IMG/VR virus record: IMGVR_UViG_3300025732_000021
Coordinates: 1 to 64,000 of that record
DNA length: 64,000 nt
Strand: one strand, 5' to 3'
Source: a virus
In this document: piece after piece, positions 37,380-46,563 of the stretch
Layout of the letters: every line of letters starts with the position of its first letter
Numbering within the stretch: the stretch's first letter is position 1
The notes under the pieces: model-generated
Databases searched by the model: none
What the model was told of the DNA's origin: nothing
The model's input: only the letters and a program-made list of their open reading frames with translations
Program-made: the position numbers and the translations under genes

Positions 37380-37401
37380 TGTCAGCCCATTGTGCTAAGA
37401 T
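37380..37401 (+). promoter_or_regulatory. PafBC/RecA-NDp-like promoter
   Basis: TGTCAG-cccattgtgc-TAAGAT. Confidence 0.7.
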
Positions 37402-37432
37402 TAGAATAACTAAAAATAGAAAGGAAATAAAT

Positions 37433-38440
37433 ATGGCTCATGAATTAGAATCTGCTAATTCTTTCGCTTCATTCCGTGAACCTGCTTGGCATGGTTTAGG
37501 AACTGTTTTTCAGGAGGAAGTTACTACTGAAAAAATGTTAGAACTCGCTAACCTTGATGGTTGGAATGTTCGTCTTGAAGATGTAGAAATCCCATCTACT
37601 CTTACATCTGATAAATCTTATCAATATGTTGTGCGTGATAATCCATTCACAGCAAATCAAGTTGATGTTCTTGGTGTTGTAGGTGAGCGTTATGTCCCAC
37701 TACAAAATGAAGAACTATTCACATTCGGTGACGCAATTCTTGATGGCGGAGGTCGTTGGGAAACTGCTGGTTCATTGCGTAATGGTCGTGTTGTATTCGG
37801 TTCTCTCGCTCTTGAGCGTGAAACTGTTCTTGACCCAAATGGCGTAGCGGATAAAATCAAAACTTATCTTCTTGTCAATACATCACATGATGGCTCAATC
37901 GCTATTCAAGCAAGCGTAACACCTGTTCGTGTTGTATGCGCTAACACTCTCGCTGTTGCGTTAGGTCGCACTAAGAAAAAGAATGGTGTCAAGCAATCTT
38001 TCAAGATTCGCCACACACAATCTGCTGAGGGTAAGGTTCAACAGGCTCGTGAGGCTCTTGCTGTTGCTAATGCCTACATGGACGAATTTTCTATCATGGC
38101 TAAACTCATGATTGAAAAAGAAATCACAGCACAACAATTCAATGATATTGTTCTTGCTGCGTATCCTAAACCTGATGAAACTAAGAAAGGCGCACTTTCT
38201 AAGTGGACAAATAAAGTTGACCTAATCAATGATATTTACACAGGTGAATTCAATGGCATGATTGCTAATACAGCATGGGGTGCTTGGAACGCACTTACAG
38301 AACGAATCGATTGGTATCGTGGTGGTAAGCGTGGTCTTACTGAATCAATTCTAATGGGTTCAAGTGGTTTTGACCCTGCTATTACAGCAGAAAAAAATCG
38401 TTTGCTAAATGTTGTTCGCAACACTTTAGAATTAGTATAA
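37433..38440 (+). CDS. DUF932 / LGT_TIGR03299 family phage-plasmid protein
   Basis: MAHEL...PAWHGLG...ETAGSL.NG..VF...NTSHDGS...TPVRVVCANTL...HT. Confidence 0.85.
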   Translation: MAHELESANSFASFREPAWHGLGTVFQEEVTTEKMLELANLDGWNVRLEDVEIPSTLTSDKSYQYVVRDNPFTANQVDVLGVVGERYVPLQNEELFTFGDAILDGGGRWETAGSLRNGRVVFGSLALERETVLDPNGVADKIKTYLLVNTSHDGSIAIQASVTPVRVVCANTLAVALGRTKKKNGVKQSFKIRHTQSAEGKVQQAREALAVANAYMDEFSIMAKLMIEKEITAQQFNDIVLAAYPKPDETKKGALSKWTNKVDLINDIYTGEFNGMIANTAWGAWNALTERIDWYRGGKRGLTESILMGSSGFDPAITAEKNRLLNVVRNTLELV

Positions 38441-38449
38441 ACTAATTCA

Positions 38450-38477
38450 ACTCCTGAGCATGAGTATAAACTGCTCA
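38450..38477 (+). ncRNA. H-type pseudoknot motif, copy 4
   Basis: ACTC-CTGAGCAT-GAGT-ATAAAC-TGCTCA. Confidence 0.7.
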
Positions 38478-38961
38478 ATTTTTTATTTGACAAAAGATCA
38501 AAAAAGTGGCCGACTAAAAATATCATCTAATGTTTTTATTACGTAGGACTTGACTTTTCCCCCAAATTTTGGTATTCTAAATTTATGACCCAAACTAAAA
38601 CACCACTATATGTGGACGAACTAATAATGAAAATCTATGAGGATAATTATTCTCATTTTGATTTTATAGAAAACATGAATGGTGGAGATTGTGATTGTAA
38701 TCTTCATTTTGCTATCAACCTTATCTACGAATATGTGAGGGATTAATGCTAGGATATACAGTTGAGCAGGTAGAGAATATGGCTACAGTTTTAAACTATT
38801 CTTTACATCATCATATTAAGGATACTAAGTTTGCAGAGGAAGACAAAGCAGTTCTTAGAGATCTAGAAGATTTATTACTAGGATTATTAGCAGAGGGACG
38901 TGTTTGACATCCCCTTGATAATTTGCTAGAATAATACAAGACCTAATAGAAAGGACCCACA

Positions 38962-39648
38962 ATGCCAAATTGGTGTTATAACTATCTATCTGCGGAGGGA
39001 CCTGTAGATGAGATATCAAAACTAAAACAACAACTCAATAAACCATTCACTAAGGTTCACGACCAATGGAATCCTGAGACTGGGCAAATGGAATTGACAG
39101 AAACAACATATTCAAATCCTATATTTGCATTTCATAACATCTATAACCATATTCAAGACGGTGTATCTGAAGAAGAGTACATCAAACAACCTGACCACTC
39201 ATTACCATTAGCAGAAGCATTGAAGTTTGAGGGTAATCATTGGTACGACTGGAATGTACGCCATTGGGGAACTAAATGGGACGTTGCTGTTCATGATGAT
39301 AGAGAGTATTCAGATACTGAGATAACAGATGAAAGCGATAGTTCTATTGGTTATAAATTCAATACCGCTTGGTCTCCACCACATCCTATTATTCATACGT
39401 TGTCAGAGCAATATCCTAATATAAAGTTTACCTTATCTTATGAAGAAGAAACAGGTTGGGGTGGCGAGACTATAATTGTTGCTGGTATGGAAGAATCACA
39501 CGAATCATACGGTTGGAAATGTAGAGAATGTGACCATGCTGAGGAAGAAACACCATACTGTGAAGAATGTGATTTTGACACATGCCCTTCGTGTGGGTAT
39601 AATGAAGCAGACGAACCATGCGAGGAGCACAGAGAGGAACATCAATGA
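38962..39648 (+). CDS. YubB/DUF1281-like ferredoxin-fold protein with a C-terminal Zn ribbon
   Basis: MPNWC, WYDWN..HWGTKWD, FNTAWSPP and CxxC motifs; TTGACA-17-TAGAAT promoter. Confidence 0.75.
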   Translation: MPNWCYNYLSAEGPVDEISKLKQQLNKPFTKVHDQWNPETGQMELTETTYSNPIFAFHNIYNHIQDGVSEEEYIKQPDHSLPLAEALKFEGNHWYDWNVRHWGTKWDVAVHDDREYSDTEITDESDSSIGYKFNTAWSPPHPIIHTLSEQYPNIKFTLSYEEETGWGGETIIVAGMEESHESYGWKCRECDHAEEETPYCEECDFDTCPSCGYNEADEPCEEHREEHQ

Positions 39649-39860
39649 TTGATTATATAAAAAACTATCTTCAATTACATATGCAGTCTTTGAATCAGGA
39701 CCTAGAAGTATTATCTAATAAAATGGATGAGTTAGACCCTGCCTCAAAAGACTTTGCTGAATTAGATATTGAATATAACTTTATAAGTGGACAAGCAACT
39801 GGTATTAGCCATATAATTGCTGTAATAATGGAAAAGGAGGAAGAAAATGGAACTAACTGA
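39645..39860 (+). CDS. Hypothetical protein
   Basis: GAGG SD; ATGA overlap with the upstream stop. Confidence 0.6.
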   Translation: MIDYIKNYLQLHMQSLNQDLEVLSNKMDELDPASKDFAELDIEYNFISGQATGISHIIAVIMEKEEENGTN

Positions 39861-40113
39861 TAATCTACAAAAGCAAGTAGACATTGGCAGCAGTGGCCTT
39901 GACATCATGCACGGTGAACTCAAATGGCTTATGAAAGAGGCTGAAGAGCAACTGGAATTAGCACAAGAAGCAGAGAACCAATCTGGGGAGGCTATGGATT
40001 CCATGGACCGCACATATTGGCAGGGACAGTTAGACGCTTTATCTCACGTATATTCTCTAACTTATCAATTATCATTCGCTATAGCAGAAAGGGAAGACAA
40101 TGGAAGAAACTAA
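39847..40113 (+). CDS. Hypothetical protein
   Basis: AAGGAGG SD. Confidence 0.6.
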   Translation: MELTDNLQKQVDIGSSGLDIMHGELKWLMKEAEEQLELAQEAENQSGEAMDSMDRTYWQGQLDALSHVYSLTYQLSFAIAEREDNGRN

Positions 40114-40331
40114 AACATATGAGGTAGAAATCATTCACGAGCCTTCTGGGATCTATATGAACTTTACTACAGAACTAGAAGGAGACCATATTGATGACGA
40201 GAACGCTTGGGAATTCGTAATGGATGAACTCTCAGTTATTTGTAATAGGATAGAATAATGTATGAGCAGTTGATATTAGACCTAGAATTTGATATCATGG
40301 AAGAAAACCCTACTACCGAAAGGACCCTATA

Positions 40332-40688
40332 ATGGGAGCACGTTGTACATTCGTTTTTAAGCAATCAGAGGACCAGGCAGTTGCCTTATACAGCCATTGG
40401 GGCGAGTACTCCATGTATGAAGACCTGGCAGCAGCCTTGCAGCATGCAGCACCACGTCTTGGCGATGAGTCATACTACGTACGTATGGCTGTAAGTTATC
40501 TAATTAAGGATAGTATTATGGATGAGACTGGGTATGGAATTTATGCCTGCAATCCTAACGACCTTGGATTTATGGACCACCCCGTACTAATCGACTTAAT
40601 TAATAAGACTGTAACTGATGACACTGGGACACATTCTATACAAGATTTTATTAACTACCATAATCTTGTGACGACGGTCACATCATAA
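40332..40688 (+). CDS. Hypothetical phage protein
   Basis: MGAR...LYSHWG motif; GAAAGGA SD. Confidence 0.65.
   Translation: MGARCTFVFKQSEDQAVALYSHWGEYSMYEDLAAALQHAAPRLGDESYYVRMAVSYLIKDSIMDETGYGIYACNPNDLGFMDHPVLIDLINKTVTDDTGTHSIQDFINYHNLVTTVTS
40667..40682. promoter_or_regulatory. CRP-like box
   Basis: Perfect TGTGA-cgacgg-TCACA at the 3' end of the ORF. Confidence 0.5.
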
Positions 40689-40709
40689 AGAGGGTTGGGT
40701 CCCCTCTAC

Positions 40710-40753
40710 GGGAGCGCATGTTTGTCGTGGGCTTGCGCTCCCCCTTTCTTTTT
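40710..40753 (+). terminator. Intrinsic terminator
   Basis: GGGAGCGCA...TGCGCTCCC stem followed by a T-rich tail; preceded by an AGAGGG/CCCTCT hairpin. Confidence 0.6.
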
Positions 40754-40776
40754 GATACAATGATGATAGGAGAACT

Positions 40777-40992
40777 ATGATTAGACGACACAGACTAACT
40801 GACGAGGAAAAAGTTGCCATGCGACTTTCTGCCCTTGTTTCTGACCTGCGCCTTGACATCGAACAGGTTGGTGAGTATTTGGCAGTAATAGCACCAACAG
40901 TTTCCTACAACAGACTTATCACAATAGCCCAAAGCGCACAATACCACAAAGAGGAGAAATACAATGAGCAATACCAATACAGACTTTTCTGA
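40777..40992 (+). CDS. Hypothetical protein
   Basis: AGGAG SD. Confidence 0.6.
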   Translation: MIRRHRLTDEEKVAMRLSALVSDLRLDIEQVGEYLAVIAPTVSYNRLITIAQSAQYHKEEKYNEQYQYRLF

Positions 40993-41233
40993 TAAGTGTA
41001 ACATCTTGGGAGATTTATGGTGTAACTATAAAGGTGATGTTGACTTCTCTGACTTCATAGAGTACAATGACATTGGTTTGCCATTAGCATTTGCTATCTC
41101 ACAAGAAATTGTTCCTGCCACTGATATGGCAACTAACTATGTAAATGAAACATGGGATTTATTTTTAGAAAGCCTTGAAGTAAAAGATAAGGGTTTCAAA
41201 ACTTTAGATGAAATCCTGGGTCCACTTGCATAA
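40964..41233 (+). CDS. Hypothetical protein
   Basis: GAGGAG SD. Confidence 0.6.
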   Translation: MSNTNTDFSDKCNILGDLWCNYKGDVDFSDFIEYNDIGLPLAFAISQEIVPATDMATNYVNETWDLFLESLEVKDKGFKTLDEILGPLA

Positions 41234-41264
41234 GCCCTGAAACGGGTCGGTCAGTATTTTCAGG

Positions 41265-41890
41265 TTATCAAACCATTACGATATCAAACCATTTTTCCCA
41301 GATTACGATCCAAACCATTTTATGGCCAAACCATAATAAATTGTGTTATGATAGTTTGTATGGCCAGACACTTTTATAGAATGAAGTATCCAAACCAAGC
41401 AAAAGATCATGATAGGTCTTTATCTAATGCCTTTGTAGCCTTTACTCATATGATTGGTTTGTCTAAGTACTTTTCCTTTACCCCGCTCGATTTTGACAGG
41501 GATGCCTGGAGGACGGCCCATGAGGCGGGGAATAAAAAAGATTACGATCATACCACTAATACCCCTAATAGTCAATAACAAACCATATTTTCTGGTTTTA
41601 AAACATTTTCAAACCTTTTAAATCTTATTTCGGATTATTTCGGATTTATTTTATTTTTTGGCAATTTTCATGCAAATTCCTTTACGAAGACACTTGACAA
41701 ACCATGGTTTTGCATGTATAATGCCAAACCTTTTATACATGGTTTGACAGATATGGGGCATATATGATATAAGGGTTTGGGGATATATGGTTTGATAGAT
41801 AGGATGGTTTGTCAGCGCATTACGATCCCCGCCTTAAAAAGCGCTCCATCACCCATTACTCTCCACTATGCTCCACTTTACTCCACTTAT
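41265..41890. repeat. Symmetric CAAACCAT/ATGGTTTG repeat array (candidate origin or packaging region)
   Basis: About eight AAACC copies left of the palindrome AAACCATGGTTT (41699-41710) and four GGTTTG copies to its right; ATTACGAT x4; CTCCACT x3. Confidence 0.6.
41694..41722 (+). promoter_or_regulatory. Consensus sigma70/SigA promoter
   Basis: TTGACA-17 nt-TATAAT. Confidence 0.7.
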
Positions 41891-41955
41891 AAAATAACAG
41901 TAAGATTTTTATAAGGCTAAATATCATGGTAAACTAACTATTCAGGGGTGGTTAG

Positions 41956-42453
41956 ATGCAAAATATAGTGTTTAAAGATGTTTTTACAGATGAAGAAATT
42001 GCATCCATAAAACAAACAATCAAGGATAACTCTCACCTTAAACTGGTGGGTAAAACAATTCATCAAATTGACAGAGGCAGAGATGACTTATATCTAAACT
42101 ATATTATTGATCCTAAAATCCTAGATAAGATACAAAACTATTTAAATACATTAGGGGATTACGAACTAGGTCCTGTTACTTGGATAGAATATAATAACAA
42201 AATAACAAACCCTAATCTTCCACCACATAAAGATCCAAAAAATGTTAAATTAACATTCGACTATCAACTAGAATCAAACGTAGATTGGCCAATAGTAATT
42301 GATGATATAGAGTATCAATTAAAAGATAATGAAGCCATAGCATTTGACTCAAGATCTCAGTGGCATTGGAGACCAGAGAAAATATTTAAGGATGGGGACT
42401 ATATGCAACTTATATTTTTCTATATCAATGATCCAGATGTGGTGCTTGAATAA
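41956..42453 (+). CDS. 2OG-Fe(II)-oxygenase-like protein (PHxD...HWR subfamily)
   Basis: LPPHKD...FDYQL...W...HWRP. Confidence 0.65.
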   Translation: MQNIVFKDVFTDEEIASIKQTIKDNSHLKLVGKTIHQIDRGRDDLYLNYIIDPKILDKIQNYLNTLGDYELGPVTWIEYNNKITNPNLPPHKDPKNVKLTFDYQLESNVDWPIVIDDIEYQLKDNEAIAFDSRSQWHWRPEKIFKDGDYMQLIFFYINDPDVVLE

Positions 42454-42811
42454 TGTTATCTGATGAATCCAAAATAGATATCATATCTGAGATTATTCAT
42501 GAGCACCTTAAGGGCAAACATAAGGATGCTCTATCTAAGAAATTGGCGGGGGATATTGTTGAGGCCTTATCTATAGACGAAGAACCGCCATCATGGTATA
42601 TTCATGGTTAGTGTATAATGGAAATATGATTGAAACATTGAAATGTTATTACTGTGATAACAAACCAGAGTTTACTCAACCAGATAAAGATACTGGCGTT
42701 ATCGTCGATGTATGTAAGAAACATTTCATTTATATGTATATGGGGTAATTATGAACGATAAGAAAGCAAATGAAAGTATCAAGGCTCTAGGGTATATTAT
42801 CCTAGGTATGG

Positions 42812-43018
42812 TTGTCTTTACTGTACTATGGAGTGTGTTTATTGGGTAATAGGCCTCATAGGGATTACGAAGAACTTCCCTATCCCGTCGAACTTTTGAT
42901 AAAAACAAAAGCACCTACCAAATGGCTCTTAATAGATAGAGAAACAGGACAAGTCTATCAAGGTAATCCTGCTGGTCATTGGGATAGGCTTGATCCAGTT
43001 ATAAAGGAGATAGAATGA
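42812..43018 (+). CDS. Hypothetical protein (start uncertain)
   Basis: TKAPTKWLLIDRETGQVYQG segment. Confidence 0.5.
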   Translation: MSLLYYGVCLLGNRPHRDYEELPYPVELLIKTKAPTKWLLIDRETGQVYQGNPAGHWDRLDPVIKEIE

Positions 43019-43419
43019 AAGTAGTTTGTGTAACAAATAGCGATTTAGCATCCATGATTGGAGAACTATTACGACAGAGATTTGAAATCCCACATGTTCC
43101 AATGCAGTCTTTTGTGGTTTTAAATGTAGATTCTGATACCAAACCAGATTACGAACATGTCCTTATCGGTATTAATGATAAGAACGTATCAAACCTAGTA
43201 TTTGATGCCTTAAGCGATAGTTTAGACTTTAAACTAGACATAGATGTATTGAATAAGGATAACATGATTGATCATATTAAGATTATCTATGAATTCCTTG
43301 CGAAAAATGGTCTAGATGATGATAACTGGAAAAACAAAACAGGCCTAACCTCTCTGATTGATCACATATTAAACATTGAATCAGTTAATTGGAAATGTCC
43401 ATGTGGGCAGTGTAACTAG
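43015..43419 (+). CDS. Hypothetical protein
   Basis: AAGGAG SD; C-terminal CPCGQC. Confidence 0.6.
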   Translation: MKVVCVTNSDLASMIGELLRQRFEIPHVPMQSFVVLNVDSDTKPDYEHVLIGINDKNVSNLVFDALSDSLDFKLDIDVLNKDNMIDHIKIIYEFLAKNGLDDDNWKNKTGLTSLIDHILNIESVNWKCPCGQCN

Positions 43420-43483
43420 ATACTAAACCTTATTGACCGTATAGGTCATAAATAGGTTTGATATTTCTATTTACCGCCGAACT

Positions 43484-44362
43484 TTAAATCTTTAATTTTG
43501 AATTTATTAATTGAAGCATTTTGTCCGCTACTTCTTTATTCCATCCGCCACCTGGATGATTGTTATCTCCAGCCTTGCCCCAATACTTTATATCATGATT
43601 TCCATAATCTTTTGACAATGTTTGTGGCCACATAGTATCTAATTCAAAATACGAATCATATGATTTAGAAAAAAACTCAAAAGTATCTCTTGTTCCATTT
43701 TCCCAAAAAGTCCACAAAAATAAAACATTATTTGCTTTACATATTTGGTCAAGCATATGAATCATTGTTGTGTATATAACTAAATTATGATGAGGCAGAT
43801 AATTTTTTTTCCATGATTCTAATGTTTCTTTAATCCAACCACGTGCTGCAATAGTATATAAATTGGTTTCTATAAAACGTGACTGCTCTAAATCAAAATG
43901 AAAACCTCTGTGCATATCTGGAAAAGTAATTAATAAAACATCTGGATATCCGTATTTATTAAAAAATGTGCATACATTTTTTGTTATTAAGTGAATAGAG
44001 GCACTCATCAATGAAACATTATATTCTTCAACATCATATTTATCTCTTAAACTTTCTGCAACTACATTAGAATATCTAAATTCTTCTGGCATGTCTTGAC
44101 CAAAACCAAACGAACATCCTGATGATAGTATAGTTAATTTATTATTGCCTTTTTCAACTTTTTTAAAGTTATTTGTTCTAAAACCTTCTTTATTTATTTT
44201 ATATATTACATCGCTAACATTTTCACTCATAGTGTAATAATAATCATCTACCCATTTTCCTTTTCTTCTTAATAATGATCCGCCCATTCTTTCAGTACAA
44301 AATTGTGAAAAATCAAAAAATGAAATATTGTTTTCTATATCTTTGCTTATATTAAGTTTCAT
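43484..44362 (-). CDS. SGNH-hydrolase-like protein
   Basis: NKEGFR...SGCSFGFG...DNNHPG. Confidence 0.55.
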   Translation of the reverse strand: MKLNISKDIENNISFFDFSQFCTERMGGSLLRRKGKWVDDYYYTMSENVSDVIYKINKEGFRTNNFKKVEKGNNKLTILSSGCSFGFGQDMPEEFRYSNVVAESLRDKYDVEEYNVSLMSASIHLITKNVCTFFNKYGYPDVLLITFPDMHRGFHFDLEQSRFIETNLYTIAARGWIKETLESWKKNYLPHHNLVIYTTMIHMLDQICKANNVLFLWTFWENGTRDTFEFFSKSYDSYFELDTMWPQTLSKDYGNHDIKYWGKAGDNNHPGGGWNKEVADKMLQLINSKLKI

Positions 44363-45237
44363 ATGTTATCCTTTAAAATTTTTAAAACTCTTTCAGCAAA
44401 TAATTCATGCCATCCTCCGCCAGGATGTTTTCTATCTGCAGCCTTGTCCCAATATTGAACATCATTTTCTCTTAAATTTAATTCATCATTTATTAGGCAT
44501 TCCGATTTAAAAAATGATGGAAGTTCAACAGAAAATTTATCAAAAATATTTTGTGTCATTTTATCATAAGCAGAAAATAAAAATTTAGATCCAGAAACAT
44601 TACATAAATTTTGCAACAAATTTATATTTATAATACTTTGCAAAAATATATTTTCTGGCATCATTTGTTCCATTGAAAGTTTTCCTTCTTTAGTTCTAGG
44701 TGTTAAATCTATATAGCAATCTTCAACTGGATCGTAAGATATTGTTCTAAAAGTATCTGGAACTAACATTATTATTAAATCTGGCATTCCGTATATATTA
44801 ATAAAAGCAGATATATTTTTTATGCAAAGCATTATAGATGAACCCATAATACCTAAATTATAATAATCAATATTATATTTTTTAGATAATTCTTTTGCAA
44901 CTAATTCAGTCCAAAGCATTTCCTCAGGTAGGTCTTGTCCAAATGTAACTGAACATCCTGTAAAAAGTACTGTATATTTATTTTTATCTATATTTTTAAA
45001 ATTGTTAGATCTAAAGCCGTCTTTATTTAATTTATATTGTATTTTAAAATTTTTATGATTGGTATGAACATTTGTTGTATACAAATAATCGTCCTTCCAA
45101 AAACCTTCGCCTTTTCTTCCATCTTCTCTTGGTTTTGCATTTTCAAAAACCTTAAGCATTCTATTATTATAAATAATATTAGGGTTTAATGTTTTCCAGT
45201 TTTCAGGTCTTTCAAAAAACTTATCATCTTGTATCAT
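44359..45237 (-). CDS. SGNH-hydrolase-like protein (tandem paralog)
   Basis: NKDGFR...TGCSVTFG...DRKHPG; TATAAT 7 nt before ATG 45237. Confidence 0.55.
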   Translation of the reverse strand: MIQDDKFFERPENWKTLNPNIIYNNRMLKVFENAKPREDGRKGEGFWKDDYLYTTNVHTNHKNFKIQYKLNKDGFRSNNFKNIDKNKYTVLFTGCSVTFGQDLPEEMLWTELVAKELSKKYNIDYYNLGIMGSSIMLCIKNISAFINIYGMPDLIIMLVPDTFRTISYDPVEDCYIDLTPRTKEGKLSMEQMMPENIFLQSIININLLQNLCNVSGSKFLFSAYDKMTQNIFDKFSVELPSFFKSECLINDELNLRENDVQYWDKAADRKHPGGGWHELFAERVLKILKDNI

Positions 45238-45648
45238 GTATACCATTATACTTGACTTTTGAATTAGCATAAGATATAATGATTATATGAATGTTACTTA
45301 TTTACACCCCTTTTGGCTCATTGCTGCTATGATAGCAGGGTGGGTTGTTTGTTATATTCAAATGAAATATGGTAAAAATGACAGGGAATAGAGTAGTCAT
45401 ATGCAGCACGTGTAAAAAAGAAATCGAATTGCGTTGGGGAATATTTGGTCACGATGCATTGTCTAGACACATGAAGGAGCATAAATGAAATCATACAGAT
45501 TTGATGATTTAGATAATGAAGGATATGAAATTGAAATACCTTCTGATATTGTAAAAGACATAATAATAGATCATCTTAGAAAAACATATTATTGGCCAGT
45601 TGCCATACTTTCATTTATTATAGGTATTTTATTAGGAGTTTTAGTATC

Positions 45649-46011
45649 ATGAGTAATTTATTTGAAGACACCGTTAGAATTAATAAATCCCGTCCACCAT
45701 TAAGATGGGTTGCAGATTTATTTGGAGATGTAGCAGGCTGGGCAATACTTCGTATTTCATATTTAGATGAATCAAAAGATTTAGGAATGATGTATCAATT
45801 TTATTCTTTTGTTTGGCGAATGACATGGCCACTATATAATAAGTTTGGCACTGTATATAAATGGGATTTTGATATGAGCGGTGACGGGTGGAATGATTAT
45901 GATGAAGATGGAATACCTTATTGGGAGAAGCCAGACTTTATTGATGCATTTGTTTGGGACTTTGAAGATGAAGAAACAGGCGATGCTTTTAGAGTTTTAA
46001 ATAAAGAATAA
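45649..46011 (+). CDS. Hypothetical protein
   Basis: AGGAG SD before ATG 45649. Confidence 0.55.
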   Translation: MSNLFEDTVRINKSRPPLRWVADLFGDVAGWAILRISYLDESKDLGMMYQFYSFVWRMTWPLYNKFGTVYKWDFDMSGDGWNDYDEDGIPYWEKPDFIDAFVWDFEDEETGDAFRVLNKE

Positions 46012-46018
46012 AACTCAT

Positions 46019-46092
46019 GGAGCAGTAGCCAAGTTGGTCAAGGCCCCGAACTCATAATTCGGTTATCGTAGGTTCAAGTCCTACCTGCTCTA
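46019..46092 (+). tRNA. trnM: tRNA-Met(CAT)
   Basis: Cloverleaf; CCGAA-CT-CAT-AA-TTCGG anticodon arm; TTCAAGT T-loop. Confidence 0.85.
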
Positions 46093-46096
46093 CTTT

Positions 46097-46170
46097 GGAA
46101 TATGGCTGGCTGGTGGTCAGAAGGTGTCTTATAAGCATCTTAGAGTTTGGTTCAATTCCAAAATATTCTA
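46097..46170 (+). tRNA. trnI: tRNA-Ile(TAT)
   Basis: GGAATAT/ATATTCT acceptor; GGTGT-CT-TAT-AA-GCATC arm; TTTGG-TTCAATT-CCAAA; several G-U pairs. Confidence 0.7.
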
Positions 46171-46171
46171 C

Positions 46172-46244
46172 GCCCTTGTAGCCCAGTGGCAGAGGCACAC
46201 GACTTAAAATCGTGCAAGCGTTGGTTCGAATCCAACCAAGGGCA
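46172..46244 (+). tRNA. trnL: tRNA-Leu(TAA), short variable arm
   Basis: GCCCTTG/CAAGGGC acceptor; CACGA-CT-TAA-AA-TCGTG. Confidence 0.88.
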
Positions 46245-46248
46245 CTAA

Positions 46249-46320
46249 ACCTCTGTAACTCAGTGGAAGAGTAGCGGACTTCTAATCCGTTTGTCGATGG
46301 TTCGAATCCATTCAGGGGTG
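46249..46320 (+). tRNA. trnR: tRNA-Arg(TCT)
   Basis: ACCTCTG/CAGGGGT acceptor; GCGGA-CT-TCT-AA-TCCGT. Confidence 0.88.
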
Positions 46321-46334
46321 CTACAATTAAACAT

Positions 46335-46410
46335 TGGTCTGTAGTTCAGTTGGTAGAACACTCGACTGTTAATCGAGATGTCGCAGGATCGAGACCTGCC
46401 AGACCAGCCA
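46335..46410 (+). tRNA. trnN: tRNA-Asn(GTT) with encoded CCA
   Basis: TGGTCTG/CAGACCA acceptor; CTCGA-CT-GTT-AA-TCGAG; atypical T-loop ATCGAGA. Confidence 0.85.
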
Positions 46411-46411
46411 A

Positions 46412-46488
46412 GGTCCGTTAGTTCAGTTGGTTAGAACGCTACCCTGTCACGGTAGAGGTCGTCGGTTCAAGTCCGATACGGATCGCCA
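46412..46488 (+). tRNA. trnD: tRNA-Asp(GTC) with encoded CCA
   Basis: CTACC-CT-GTC-AC-GGTAG anticodon arm. Confidence 0.9.
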
Positions 46489-46489
46489 A

Positions 46490-46562
46490 GTCTCCATGGT
46501 CTAGAGGCCTAGGACTCCACCCTTTCACGGTGGCAACACGGGTTCGAATCCCGTTGGAGATA
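46490..46562 (+). tRNA. trnE: tRNA-Glu(TTC)
   Basis: CCACC-CT-TTC-AC-GGTGG anticodon arm. Confidence 0.9.
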
Positions 46563-46563
46563 C

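Noticed and set aside
41348-41578. 76-aa ORF in the repeat array
   Set aside because: No recognisable motif and embedded in repeats; it may be real but could not be supported.
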